Shown: positions 21,004-31,979, counted from the first letter of the stretch. The stretch: DNA of 64,000 nt from a bacterium (GCA_963676395.1 OY781066.1:480001-544000), one strand, 5' to 3'. Notes: a model not told the origin generated them from the sequence alone. Program-made: numbers and translations.

Positions 21004-21188
21004 ATTGCCACCTTTATTCTTTATCGAATTTAAGCAAATATACTCAAAATACCATTTAATTATAATTGAAGGATTTAAGGGTTTAGTAAGTTGGGAATTG
21101 ATGCTAATAGACTATAATTACTTTTCACTTATTAAAAATGATTAATCCAATCTTCGTTACTAATTATTAATCTCAGTGATAGTACCTA

Positions 21189-23120
21189 TCAAATTCCCCC
21201 GTTCATTTTTCTGATAACCCAATCGGCAACTAACAATAGAAACAATAATAGATAAAGATAATACTGATCACGAAAAGTATAGGTTCGAGAAAGCATCGTT
21301 TCTTTGTCGTTTCTTTTTAGATCATAGACAAAGGTATCTAAAGAACCAGAGGAGATATACCTACCACGATTATTTGTGCAAAGCTTTTTAAGATCAATTT
21401 CATTTAAACCCAGGCGCGTCCTTTCAAGATCATTCAGCAAAATACTTACTTTTGCACTGTCTTCCGCAAGAATCTCTCCATTAACAAACAAACTAGCACT
21501 TAGTGAGTATTCTCCGGCTTCATCAATCTTTAGATATAATGTTTTACTGGCATCAGACGTCTCTATTCTCTTTTGCTCTGAACGGTTTGAATCCCGAAGT
21601 GATACAATGAGCTTATAGTCTTGCGATAAATCATCGGCAAGATCAAGATTAAAGCCAAGCGGCCTAAATGCAAAAGTGTTATACTCATTTTCATTAAATG
21701 AAAGTGTTTTTGCGCTTTTCGTTCCGATTAATTCTTCGATCATACCAATAAACAAATCTTCATACAGTCCATCCCAATCTTTATTGAAAGCGGCTAAATT
21801 CCATTTCCACAAACCTTCGGCATTCACTTGCAGTGCACCACCAACATCTACGATCACAGGATGAGCGTTTGAGTCTTCTAACAAAACTTTCCCGGCAGGT
21901 GCCTGACTTACAAGTTTCACAGGTGGTAACTGAGACCAATTTCGCATATTTTCAAATGGATCTGCATAGATCATTAACCAAGAACGATATGATTTAATCT
22001 TAAAATCTTCAGATGATATATACTCTCTGTTCTTATTTCTATAGAAAATTAAAGTCGGTGCGATTTCAAGTTCCGGAACAAGAAAACTTGATGAATTGGT
22101 AATAAATACATCCGGAGTCTCTTGAGGATGCTCCTCGTTCCATTCCTTATAATGATAGCAGTTATAACGATCAATATCATCCAAAACAAATTTCAACATT
22201 GCAATATCCCTATCGGGTGGATCTGCGTAAAACACAAGATTCAATGTCGCGGCTTTCACGGTAATAATCTCCTCGTGCAAAAGAACATTGTTATCCGTAT
22301 CGTTGTAACGCCACTTTAATAAATTATTTCCAATATTTTCAAATGCTATCTTTTGAGTGATCCCTACACTTCTGAAGGCACTAAGTTCATATACAGACTT
22401 GCTGATACTTTTATCCGCGAGCACTTCCAATTCGAATTTCACGCTTTTCTCAGAAGGATTATAGATCTCATACTTTACATCGACACTGTCGCCCTGTGAA
22501 ATATAACCCGGATAACGAAGAGAACGGATCTCGGGTAAAGCGCTTTCTGCTTTCTTTCCAACAGCGATAACATTGAGGTTTATGTTATTATTTATCTTAA
22601 GGGATGACAGATCTTCACCTAACCATGATTGACCATCGGTAACCAAAAACAGCTCATCATAAGGCGCCGCCTTTTCCGCAAAACGAATGAGTACAGAATT
22701 ATCACTCAATGTCTCTTTCCTGTCCATACGCCTGATTTGTCCCAAGCTGTAAATTTCGGGAACCGCCATATTTGAGATATGTGCGATATCTGCAGTCTTA
22801 TTGAGGTTCCGGTATAGGTCAGATCTTAAAATCTTATTTTGGGAGTAAGCTGAATCGGCAGACATGCTTTGTGACATATCCCATAAAAAGGCAAGCTTTG
22901 GCTGATATTTGGAAAAACGATGATGCTCAACACTTAAATCAAGCAATAATAAGATAAAGATAAGAATCGCAAAACTTCTTAAGATCACCAGAGTAACCTT
23001 TACCTGAGATGAATAAAAATCGCTCTTCAGTGAGCGATACAGGTAAAAAACGCCATATAAAAGAAAGATGGCCGCAAGCAGCCATAGAATTTTCGACGAT
23101 GTTACAGAAAATTCAAACAT
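21189..23120 (-). CDS. Membrane-anchored VWA-domain protein
   Basis: Two N-terminal TMs, MIDAS-like DMSQSM...LVTDG, C-terminal TM ending DWVIRK. Confidence 0.7.
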   Translation of the reverse strand: MFEFSVTSSKILWLLAAIFLLYGVFYLYRSLKSDFYSSQVKVTLVILRSFAILIFILLLLDLSVEHHRFSKYQPKLAFLWDMSQSMSADSAYSQNKILRSDLYRNLNKTADIAHISNMAVPEIYSLGQIRRMDRKETLSDNSVLIRFAEKAAPYDELFLVTDGQSWLGEDLSSLKINNNINLNVIAVGKKAESALPEIRSLRYPGYISQGDSVDVKYEIYNPSEKSVKFELEVLADKSISKSVYELSAFRSVGITQKIAFENIGNNLLKWRYNDTDNNVLLHEEIITVKAATLNLVFYADPPDRDIAMLKFVLDDIDRYNCYHYKEWNEEHPQETPDVFITNSSSFLVPELEIAPTLIFYRNKNREYISSEDFKIKSYRSWLMIYADPFENMRNWSQLPPVKLVSQAPAGKVLLEDSNAHPVIVDVGGALQVNAEGLWKWNLAAFNKDWDGLYEDLFIGMIEELIGTKSAKTLSFNENEYNTFAFRPLGFNLDLADDLSQDYKLIVSLRDSNRSEQKRIETSDASKTLYLKIDEAGEYSLSASLFVNGEILAEDSAKVSILLNDLERTRLGLNEIDLKKLCTNNRGRYISSGSLDTFVYDLKRNDKETMLSRTYTFRDQYYLYLLLFLLLVADWVIRKMNGGI

Positions 23121-23125
23121 TATAC

Positions 23126-23386
23126 TTAACTCAAACCGCGTTTTCCGTGTTTTCGGGAAATTGTAATAATATGCTCAAACAATTCCATTACTTCGTTATC
23201 TCGGATACATTCTTTGGGCAAAGCTTTTAAATTGTTAAAGACTTCTTCTTCGCGTGAACCATCAAACACATCACGACCTTTTTCTTTTTTTATTTTACCA
23301 ATTTCAAAGGCAATACCCATGCGTTCATCCAGTAATTTTACGAGCTGCTCATCAATCTTATCGATGCGTTTTCTTAATTTGTCCAT
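23126..23386 (-). CDS. Monofunctional chorismate mutase (AroQ/type II)
   Basis: LRKRIDKIDEQLVKLLDERM...IGKIK...REEEV. Confidence 0.9.
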   Translation of the reverse strand: MDKLRKRIDKIDEQLVKLLDERMGIAFEIGKIKKEKGRDVFDGSREEEVFNNLKALPKECIRDNEVMELFEHIITISRKHGKRGLS

Positions 23387-24622
23387 TTAATACTCACTTA
23401 AAGGTTCACTTAATTGATAATCACCAAAACCTGTATTATCAATAAAAATAAAACTGCGATTTACCGAATAATAATACCAGATCATATATGGTTTTGTATC
23501 CATCTCCATATAATGCTCTTCAGTGGCATCGGGTTCACCATAAATAATATAGATCATGCCCCGGTCAGACCGCCACCCTTCTCGCTGTCCCGAAAAACGC
23601 TGATTCGCCACATATACTCTGTAATAATATTCGTTCATCAACTCGTTCTCATCTGTACGAGGTGTCGGGTCAATTTTTTTCCATGTTTCTGTAAAGAATT
23701 TTTGTTGATCTTCACCTTCAGCATTTTGAATACGCTTAAATTCTCGTGAAGGAAAATAACCGGTAAAAGAAAGATAGCGCATTTGTTTAATTGCTTCTTC
23801 CAAATTAGGGATCAGGGCAGAATTACCTCCCCATTGAATCCTCATAGGAATATTGCGGATATAACGTTGTCCCATTATCTCTGTTTCAAGCGTTAAAAAA
23901 TATTGATTAAAATTTAAATCTTTTGTCACAACCGGGAATATATATTCATGCTTTTCTTCTATAAGATCAATTTTAAATTTCGCTTTAGAAGCGATCTCTT
24001 CACGATTGTGAACCGTATAGGTAAACTCATGAGCACCCGAAATACCACTGGCCGTAAAAGCTAAAAATATTGCTTCTGGCATATCCTTTTCAAATACCAT
24101 TTTAGAGGAATCTTTTACAAAATAAAGATCACCCAACATCCAAGATCCTTGAGCCAGTTGAGTCATATCGATCTCACGCACCTGTTTACGTCTATTTTGA
24201 GTTTTAAGGTCTGTAATTAATACTTCCAAACGATATTTTTTAGGAGGAAGGTCATACGTCTTTTTTAGACGAATCAATTTTTTCCTCGAGTTGGTCATTT
24301 TAAATTCCTGCAAGGTCATTTTTTCTATCCAGCTCTCGGAAACAACTTTTTTATTTTCCTCAAAGATCATGATCGACACATCGAATCTACCCTTAAACAG
24401 ATCATTTTTTTTTACAAAATGAATCTCATCATAAGGTAAGGTCAGCTCAATAGATAATTCACCTTTACCCAGTATAGATGAAGGTTTTATAACATGTTGG
24501 ATCTTATATTCCGGCCCGATCTTCCATTTTCCACCATCACGGATTTGAGCATGCAATACCGAAAAAGCGATGTTCAGTACAAAGAAAAGAAATAATAATT
24601 TTGGTGTTTTATTTTTCATCAT
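23387..24622 (-). CDS. GWxTD domain-containing exported protein
   Basis: Signal peptide; WKKIDPTPRTDENE...EYYYRVYVAN...GWRSDRGMIYIIYGEPD. Confidence 0.88.
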   Translation of the reverse strand: MMKNKTPKLLFLFFVLNIAFSVLHAQIRDGGKWKIGPEYKIQHVIKPSSILGKGELSIELTLPYDEIHFVKKNDLFKGRFDVSIMIFEENKKVVSESWIEKMTLQEFKMTNSRKKLIRLKKTYDLPPKKYRLEVLITDLKTQNRRKQVREIDMTQLAQGSWMLGDLYFVKDSSKMVFEKDMPEAIFLAFTASGISGAHEFTYTVHNREEIASKAKFKIDLIEEKHEYIFPVVTKDLNFNQYFLTLETEIMGQRYIRNIPMRIQWGGNSALIPNLEEAIKQMRYLSFTGYFPSREFKRIQNAEGEDQQKFFTETWKKIDPTPRTDENELMNEYYYRVYVANQRFSGQREGWRSDRGMIYIIYGEPDATEEHYMEMDTKPYMIWYYYSVNRSFIFIDNTGFGDYQLSEPLSEY

Positions 24623-24753
24623 AATAAAATTAGCGGTTATTGATTAAAAAAACAATTAATAAACATGCAAATAAAAGATTCGTTCCCCAATTATACAAGT
24701 AAGGAGTATGCGGTAGTTAATTAAATTAGGTATTCAATTTACAATCTTCAATT

Positions 24754-24787
24754 AAAAAGGTCTCAACTTCTTTTCGAAATTGAGACC
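24754..24787 (-). terminator. Intrinsic terminator after CPBP gene
   Basis: GGTCTCAA...TTGAGACC stem followed by T5 on the minus strand. Confidence 0.6.
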
Positions 24788-24796
24788 CTCTTACTC

Positions 24797-27700
24797 TTAA
24801 TTCTCAACTGCCTTCTTCGGTTGTAATATCCTTAGCATATACATGCCATATACCGTTAACAAAGTTAGAGCTATGGTAACAAGAGAAGATATAAGTACAT
24901 AGCCCCATGTTAATGTAGCGGGATTTACAAAAAGATATTGCAATAGCTCCAGTATGATCATTACACCGGCCATAACCGGGATATAAATCATATTAAATCG
25001 TAACACAAAAACATATAGTAAGATCATAATCACACCACATCCCAGCCCACAGATTAGCCACCAACTTAAAGATAATTTGCCTACCATCGCAAATCCCGAA
25101 AACAATAAAATAACGATGGTCCAACCCTTTGACTTTTGCCATCCATGACTGACTCTCTCAGCTATAACAAATGGTACAATCAAAGTAATTAGCTGAATAA
25201 AATATCCTTCCAAGGCCGATAGACCTGAAAACAGTATAGGTAAAGCCGCATCCAATTGAAGTGGCGATAAAATAATAGGACTCTTAGCAAGAAAATTTCC
25301 TTGAGCAAATGCCATAGCAGTTGCCAGTACCAAACCAAGGCTTGCTCCCTTTAATCCAATGACATGTTCATTTCTTTGTACGTGTAAGGGTATTCGCACT
25401 ATATAGCCCAAAGGCAATGCATAAAGAAAACCTGAAAATATAGCACCAATAACCATAGAAATAATCAGCATAAGCATCATATTTGAGTATGGTTCAGATG
25501 TAGGATATTGTGCAATGATCATCTTGTTCATCAAAATTCCTTGAACCAATGACACGGCAACAAATCCAAGCAAGAAACCGATAAAGACTCTTACATTGAA
25601 ATTCTTTTTGGTCCAAGCTACGATCGCAAAGATCAAAACACTTACCAACATTGCAACTCGTACGAAAACCGAAATAGCTTTCAACACCGTTTTAAGTACA
25701 GATGCTTTCTTTTGCTCACGATCCCACTTTTCGGGAGTATGAACGTATTTTTTTAATCCGCACAATTCATCTCCGGCCAAAGATACTTCGTAGCGTAATT
25801 CACCTTCTTCTAATCCACTGTTTTTTACACGATAAACAATAGACCAATCCGTACGGGATTTACGTTTTTCGGGTATAATCTTTACCAGCTCCAGATCTTC
25901 AATATCTTTATCGGAAAATTGTTTAAAAGTACTTTCTGCCGCTTTTTGTGCACTAAGTTCATCAAGTTGTGCACCGGGACGAGGTTCCGGGACACTATGG
26001 AACCAGGAAAGGATCTCACCGTCGCGACCAACATTCACCTGCAATGTTTCTGATCTCCGAACCACATCGCCATGAAAAGTTTTATACTTTATGGAGTAAT
26101 AATTTGCAGCTAATTCAGAGTTATACAAGTCTTTAAAGACCTCTTTTCCACCCTTTTCCCAAACAAAACGTCCACCCTTACCTATTCCCGTATCCATAAG
26201 AACATAAGGTTTTAATTCCAATGAATCGGTTCCCGAATAATGCTGAGCTATAAAATCGTCAGCGATTTCAATGGCCGCTTTTTTATCTATCTCTAATCTT
26301 GAAACATCTTGCGTTTTGGGCGTAAGGAAATACCATCCAGCAGCACCCACAATGAGCAATACCACCGCTATGAGTATGGGTAATTCTCTATGTTCAGTCG
26401 TTTTAGCTGAGTTATTGATCTTTTCTTCTTTTACTTTTGGTTCAGGTGCAACATAGCCGGAATTAAGATCTTCAGCTTGAATGTTGTACCATGCACCCGC
26501 TTGTATACGTCTGAAGACAACCACCAATAGTGGAATAAGCATAAAAATGATAGCTAAAATTCTATTTACCCAAATACCCGGTGCAGATAGAAGGAACAAG
26601 GGCATTGCCATCAATACAATATCATATACAAAGTGAGAAACCACAACGGGGAGAAGACCCCAATTCATATATATCAAACCATATAATACAAAAGGAATGA
26701 TCATCTCAATAATTCTTGCATAAGCAGGTTGTTGCGGGTAATTAGCATGCATAGCACCAAAGATCATGGCTTGCAGTACCAAAGCAATGCCTATCCATAA
26801 ACCTTTTTTCTTGAAATTTTTCCCTATCAATACAGCGCCTGCAAGCGGTACAGCACGAAACAGTGTTTCTTCCCAGAAACCGGCTTGCAAAGATTGCGCT
26901 GAGGGTAACAACCAAGGGAAAGGTATAGCAAGAATATTTGGATCCATCATATTATCGGCAGGTGACCACCAATTGAACACATGATTGGTCAGCCAATAAA
27001 AGAATGTAATAAAACCAACCATAAAAAATGCCCAGAGATAACCAAAGGTCGTGTGGCGCATAATCTCTTTAGAAGCACCTACACCACGCCCCCAGGATTT
27101 CCAGAATTGGATCTGTTCGGGAAAAGCCTGACGCCCCAGACCCTCACCCGCAGTTGACGATACAAAGAAAATTACCGAAATCAGTACACCATTTAACAGA
27201 GCGAATAATACTTGTTGAAAAATAAACTGCCCCGATAACAATGAAGTATCATAATTATACCATGATAACGCGATTGATGTTAAATGTGCCATAAAAACGA
27301 GCACACCAATAACAACAGACCATTTCAGAGCAGGTCGCCAAATAAATGTTCGTTTCCGGATCATATAAAATAAGGCCAATGCAACTCCGACAATACCATA
27401 AAGAATCAACATAATAGCTTGTCCAACATATGCAATGGTCGTATTAGCGGAACGCATTTCTTGATATCGGTCATCAAAGGTTTCGGGTATTTTTACGCTG
27501 GGCATCACCATCGTGATCCTATCACCTGAGATCTTTACCTTAATTCGGTATGAGGCTTCACCTACTTCTTCATATTTGTGTTTATATACTAAAATATGGT
27601 CGCGACGACCACCTTCTTTTAGCTCCGATGAACTTTCAAACAACTCATAATTGCTTAGATCAGGAATCAATTCCCCGCGCGTATCTGCTTTCGCGATAGC

Positions 27701-28138
27701 GCTAAGATCAACAGATGCCAAATCAGCTCCATCCAAGGAATCGGGAACAACCAGTTTAAAACCCAAGAAAATTCCATCAGGAGAAAAAACATAATGACAT
27801 TCTTCTATCTCATTATGATTAAATTGACGTACGCGCCATGTATAGGGATAATATATCTGACTGTTAACGATCTGCTGGAACACTTCTACGCCGCCGCCTT
27901 CTAGCTCTACATAATTCTTAAAACGGGAATCAGTATCAAAAATCACAACTTTTTCACTGCCTTCATCCATCAGTTGTAATGCTTTATTGAGCGAATCAAC
28001 ATGGTTAAGTATTTGAGCCTTATCGGCACTAATTTTAACATTTACGATAGGAAAAGCCGTATCAAAAGAGAAGATACTGTAAATTATCCCCAATACTGCC
28101 AGTACTGCAACAACATAAATAAGTGTATTTTTTTTCAT
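24797..28138 (-). CDS. Large CPBP (CAAX/Abi)-family intramembrane glutamic protease with two extracytoplasmic domains
   Basis: WEETLFR (EExxxR), FGAMH (FxxxH), HFVYD; many TMs; start MKKNTL with GGAG RBS. Confidence 0.85.
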   Translation of the reverse strand: MKKNTLIYVVAVLAVLGIIYSIFSFDTAFPIVNVKISADKAQILNHVDSLNKALQLMDEGSEKVVIFDTDSRFKNYVELEGGGVEVFQQIVNSQIYYPYTWRVRQFNHNEIEECHYVFSPDGIFLGFKLVVPDSLDGADLASVDLSAIAKADTRGELIPDLSNYELFESSSELKEGGRRDHILVYKHKYEEVGEASYRIKVKISGDRITMVMPSVKIPETFDDRYQEMRSANTTIAYVGQAIMLILYGIVGVALALFYMIRKRTFIWRPALKWSVVIGVLVFMAHLTSIALSWYNYDTSLLSGQFIFQQVLFALLNGVLISVIFFVSSTAGEGLGRQAFPEQIQFWKSWGRGVGASKEIMRHTTFGYLWAFFMVGFITFFYWLTNHVFNWWSPADNMMDPNILAIPFPWLLPSAQSLQAGFWEETLFRAVPLAGAVLIGKNFKKKGLWIGIALVLQAMIFGAMHANYPQQPAYARIIEMIIPFVLYGLIYMNWGLLPVVVSHFVYDIVLMAMPLFLLSAPGIWVNRILAIIFMLIPLLVVVFRRIQAGAWYNIQAEDLNSGYVAPEPKVKEEKINNSAKTTEHRELPILIAVVLLIVGAAGWYFLTPKTQDVSRLEIDKKAAIEIADDFIAQHYSGTDSLELKPYVLMDTGIGKGGRFVWEKGGKEVFKDLYNSELAANYYSIKYKTFHGDVVRRSETLQVNVGRDGEILSWFHSVPEPRPGAQLDELSAQKAAESTFKQFSDKDIEDLELVKIIPEKRKSRTDWSIVYRVKNSGLEEGELRYEVSLAGDELCGLKKYVHTPEKWDREQKKASVLKTVLKAISVFVRVAMLVSVLIFAIVAWTKKNFNVRVFIGFLLGFVAVSLVQGILMNKMIIAQYPTSEPYSNMMLMLIISMVIGAIFSGFLYALPLGYIVRIPLHVQRNEHVIGLKGASLGLVLATAMAFAQGNFLAKSPIILSPLQLDAALPILFSGLSALEGYFIQLITLIVPFVIAERVSHGWQKSKGWTIVILLFSGFAMVGKLSLSWWLICGLGCGVIMILLYVFVLRFNMIYIPVMAGVMIILELLQYLFVNPATLTWGYVLISSLVTIALTLLTVYGMYMLRILQPKKAVEN

Positions 28139-28233
28139 GTCCAAACTCCAATTTGTATGGTAAAATATAATCATAAATTATCTTAAAACTATAATATTAA
28201 TTTCTATGTATAACATGCTTATATTCAATAGAC

Positions 28234-28262
28234 TTGACAAAGAAGAATAATTTATATATATT
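28234..28262 (+). promoter_or_regulatory. Sigma70 promoter of ArsR-family gene
   Basis: TTGACA-17 nt-TATATT. Confidence 0.7.
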
Positions 28263-28294
28263 AGCAAGTTAAATATTTAAAAGAAAGGAAGCTT

Positions 28295-28582
28295 ATGGCA
28301 ACCTCAAAGGATTATCAACAATTGGAGCAGAAAGCTGAAATATTAAAAGCAATTTCTCATCCCGTTCGTCTTTGCATCCTTCGTGGATTGGTTTTAAACG
28401 GTCCATCCAGTGTTGGCAAAATGACAATTTGTCTTAATATCCCTCAAGCAACCGTATCACAACATCTTGCAAAAATGAAAGCCGTTGGCATTATGTCCGG
28501 CAAACGCCAAGGTACAAAAGTTATTTATTCTTTAGAGAACAAAGAAAAAATTGTAGAACTGGTTAACAGTTTTATTCTCTAG
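28295..28582 (+). CDS. ArsR/SmtB-family transcriptional regulator
   Basis: LKAISHPVRLCIL, PQATVSQHLAKMK, RQGTKVIYSL. Confidence 0.93.
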   Translation: MATSKDYQQLEQKAEILKAISHPVRLCILRGLVLNGPSSVGKMTICLNIPQATVSQHLAKMKAVGIMSGKRQGTKVIYSLENKEKIVELVNSFIL

Positions 28583-28605
28583 AAACAGGTTAAATACTCA
28601 ACTTT

Positions 28606-28636
28606 AAAAGCCTCATCTAAACCAGATGAGGCTTTT
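28606..28636. terminator. Bidirectional intrinsic terminator
   Basis: AAAAGCCTCATCT-AAACC-AGATGAGGCTTTT between convergent genes. Confidence 0.85.
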
Positions 28637-28699
28637 GGTATTATGATTATAATTAAATCAATTACTAAATACTTGTATCGTGCTACTAGTTTCCAATTT

Positions 28700-30496
28700 T
28701 TAATAGCCGGTTACTATCATAACCGCTTCTCCCGGTGGAACAATGATCTTCTTTTCACTTACCTTAATGGTCGCTTCTCCTTTTAAGGGTCCTTTGATCC
28801 AATCGAGTTTTGTGATCTTTTGATCTAATATTGTTGAAAAGTATGCTTCTTCGGTTTTTGCACCGGAGTTATATGCCATAATTAGCGCATGTCCTTCCGC
28901 CTCTCGAGTTAACAAATAAATGTCATTCTGAAGATCATGTTTCATTTTGCTCAGAAATACTTCCGGGTAATCTTTTCTTACTTTCGTAAAAGCTTTCATT
29001 TGTTCAAAAATTATATTTTCTTTTTCAGTGCGAGTATCCGCATTAAAAGCACTTCGCTTGGTATAAGTAAATCCCCCCGGAAACTCCTTGCGATTTTCCG
29101 GATCATGTCCTCCGGCCATACCAATTTCATTTCCGTAATAGAGCTGAGGTATACCCCTCATGGAAAAGATCATTGTGAAAGCATTCAAGTATTTCTGCAG
29201 ATCACCGTTAACCGCAGAATAGAAACGGCCCATATCATGATTATCCATAAAGGTTAACATTCTATTGGGATCACGATAAATAAAATCGTTGGCGATCTCA
29301 CGATAAAAACGATCAATAGCCTTATCCTCAACGATCAACTGATAAATTTCCGAAGAGAAGCCAAAATCCGCAATAGACGACAATCCATTATCGACGGCTT
29401 CGCCGAAATAAAAAGCAAGGCGTGTTCTATCAAAATCCATGATCTCACCAACAAGATATAGATCTGGATATTCACGTTTAAGAGCCTTACCCCAGCGGCT
29501 TAAACCGACGTGATTGGAATACGCATAAGTATCTTCTCGAATGCCATCCAATTTCATGGTTTCTATCCACCATATCGCATGGTAAATAAAATAATCTACA
29601 ACATCGGGATTCGCCATATTCATATCAGCAAGATAACCTGCAAACCAACCTTCGGTTGGGAATTCTCGTTTTGCCGTTGGACCATAGGTATCGGTAATGT
29701 CAAGAATTTGATAATTACAAGATTCATGATCATCCAACGACCCATTTAGCCAATCTTTTGAAGGGGGATTTACCGCCAAAGGATGCGTGGGTGAAATATG
29801 ATTAACAATATGATCTTGAATAATCTTGATGCCACGAGCGTGACAGGCACTAACCAAATTATGGTAATCATCAAAGGTACCCATAAATGGATCTATAACG
29901 TAGGAATTTGTCGGTGTATAACCATGATAGCAATTAATGTAATTATTTTCATAAATTGGTGTCATCCAAAGAGCCGTTATTCCTAATTCATCCAAATAAT
30001 CCAAATGATCAATCACTCCGCGAATATCACCACCTCGCCTCCCCCACTTATGATCGCGACGAACGGGATCTTTATGTCCCTTAATCGTATTATTTTGTTG
30101 ATTACCATCAGCAAAACGATCGGGAATAAGCAAATAGACCACATCTCTCGCATCAATGGTCTTAATGGAATATTTATCCCGTTGTTTAATCTCATAGGGA
30201 ATACTCAGCTCGGTGTCTTTGTTTTTAAAAACAATATCAAAATAACCGACTTTTTTAACCTTAAGAGATAATCCGTAATAATGTTTATCATCATACTTAA
30301 TTTTTTCAAGAAGTTTAACATTACGAGATTTGATTTTTACATCACAATCGGAAAAATCATCACCATATATAAGAAGTTTTAAGGTATCATGCTCCATATC
30401 TACCCACCAATTGGGTGGCTCTATACGGGAAACGTCTAAAGCAAAGGCGCCAGATATGGTAATAAACAGTAAAAATATTATTAATGATCTTTTCAT
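28700..30496 (-). CDS. GH13 cyclomaltodextrinase/neopullulanase (SusA-like), signal peptide
   Basis: IEPPNWW N-domain, YLLIPDRFADG, YHGY, DHIVNH, GIREDT, VGEI, FMDNHD. Confidence 0.9.
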   Translation of the reverse strand: MKRSLIIFLLFITISGAFALDVSRIEPPNWWVDMEHDTLKLLIYGDDFSDCDVKIKSRNVKLLEKIKYDDKHYYGLSLKVKKVGYFDIVFKNKDTELSIPYEIKQRDKYSIKTIDARDVVYLLIPDRFADGNQQNNTIKGHKDPVRRDHKWGRRGGDIRGVIDHLDYLDELGITALWMTPIYENNYINCYHGYTPTNSYVIDPFMGTFDDYHNLVSACHARGIKIIQDHIVNHISPTHPLAVNPPSKDWLNGSLDDHESCNYQILDITDTYGPTAKREFPTEGWFAGYLADMNMANPDVVDYFIYHAIWWIETMKLDGIREDTYAYSNHVGLSRWGKALKREYPDLYLVGEIMDFDRTRLAFYFGEAVDNGLSSIADFGFSSEIYQLIVEDKAIDRFYREIANDFIYRDPNRMLTFMDNHDMGRFYSAVNGDLQKYLNAFTMIFSMRGIPQLYYGNEIGMAGGHDPENRKEFPGGFTYTKRSAFNADTRTEKENIIFEQMKAFTKVRKDYPEVFLSKMKHDLQNDIYLLTREAEGHALIMAYNSGAKTEEAYFSTILDQKITKLDWIKGPLKGEATIKVSEKKIIVPPGEAVMIVTGY

Positions 30497-30609
30497 CTAA
30501 TACATCCTTCTTGAACTTCAATAATCTTGATATCCACCTAAGCGCACAACTTGTGGAGTGTTTTCAATTCAAACTCGACATGTCCAGTCTTAACAATAAA
30601 TCAACAAGA

Positions 30610-31977
30610 TTATTTCATCATTTGTTTTTTAAACAATAATAACCAGACCAGCACCCACAAAACAATAGCCGCAAGTGAAATAAAAAATACTACCCATGAG
30701 CCGGTCATCACGCATAAAGGCATGGCAATGGACGTCCATAAACCACCACCCATAAAGGGTTCATGTAAAAGCTGTTTATAACCGAAAGCAGCATAGGCCG
30801 GAGATTTTTGTTCGGGATCTACCACACGCAACAGCAATAATCCGGTGGCCGTAACACCCATAGATTGTCCCATTTCGGCAATCGCTCGTTCGAACCAGGC
30901 ATTCGGGAGCAATCTGCGAGCGAGAAACATCACACAGAACACATTCCATACCACACCGGCAAGAACAACGATCATAATAGGCAACATCTGTGAACCAACA
31001 ATCGATATGTTGATCATTGCGATGGCAGCAACGATAAGAAAATCTAAAGCCGCCCCGGATACGCGTTGCATCATTTCTCGATCCATAATGCTTTCCTTTT
31101 TAAGCACTCTGGTCATAAATAACTGCACAATCAAGCCACCGATCATGGATAGAGGAAACATAGGAAAAGAAGATAATATACCGTTTTCTTGCATTGCAGG
31201 TGAAAGTGACTCAATAGCTATCAAGCCCTGTTTAATTAAAAAAGCAATAAATATTGCGCCCCCCACCAAAGCGATGTGCAGTGATAAAGTGTCTATTGAT
31301 GCAGGCAATACCGTTTGTTTCCCGGCAGACGGTTGCTCCTGAGGATCGTAAATTCCCACGATATTGCTTTCGGAGATATCCGATATCTTTTGCATTTTGC
31401 TTACATGGCCACGTTTTACAGCCCAGTTAATCAACCAGGTTCCGGTAATGATTGCAAATACAATACCCATAGTTGCCGAGGTCAATGCAAAATCGGCACC
31501 GTCTTCCCAACCATACGAAGCAAATACTTCGGCAAGGCCGGCGGCAGTTCCATGACCACCCTCAAAACCAATGGGAATGATCACACCAAAATGTTGGGGT
31601 AATTTAAATAACGGGGCAATGATCAATAAAGACAATCCTATACCCACGACATACTGTCCCCAGGCAACAATTTGCCCATAAGCCAGTTGAGGTCCGCTTT
31701 GTCGCCAAACCTCACTGAGTTTAGGTATTTTAACGCCCATGAACAGACATGCAAAAATAATATTGATCAGAAAACTCGGAAGTTTATTCCATCCGGCCGT
31801 AACCGTATCGGGTAATCCATTGCCCAAAACTTGAATGATCAGCAAGCCAAGAAGTCCACCAATCACAGCCGCAGGTAAATACAATCGCTGAAGCAATTTT
31901 ATTTTCACCCGCAGGACTTTGCCTAATATCAACAGTAAACATAATGAGGCAAATGACAAAATGATCGTCATAATCAT
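30610..31977 (-). CDS. Sodium/glutamate symporter (GltS/ESS) family transporter
   Basis: PAAVIGG, GFEGGHGTAAG, GQSMGVTATGLLLLR. Confidence 0.88.
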   Translation of the reverse strand: MIMTIILSFASLCLLLILGKVLRVKIKLLQRLYLPAAVIGGLLGLLIIQVLGNGLPDTVTAGWNKLPSFLINIIFACLFMGVKIPKLSEVWRQSGPQLAYGQIVAWGQYVVGIGLSLLIIAPLFKLPQHFGVIIPIGFEGGHGTAAGLAEVFASYGWEDGADFALTSATMGIVFAIITGTWLINWAVKRGHVSKMQKISDISESNIVGIYDPQEQPSAGKQTVLPASIDTLSLHIALVGGAIFIAFLIKQGLIAIESLSPAMQENGILSSFPMFPLSMIGGLIVQLFMTRVLKKESIMDREMMQRVSGAALDFLIVAAIAMINISIVGSQMLPIMIVVLAGVVWNVFCVMFLARRLLPNAWFERAIAEMGQSMGVTATGLLLLRVVDPEQKSPAYAAFGYKQLLHEPFMGGGLWTSIAMPLCVMTGSWVVFFISLAAIVLWVLVWLLLFKKQMMK

Positions 31978-31979
31978 TC

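Noticed and set aside
28295..28582. ArsR as an arsenic sensor or BigR/SqrR persulfide sensor
   Set aside because: No CVC motif, no C-terminal Cys and no ars or sulfur genes adjacent; effector cannot be assigned
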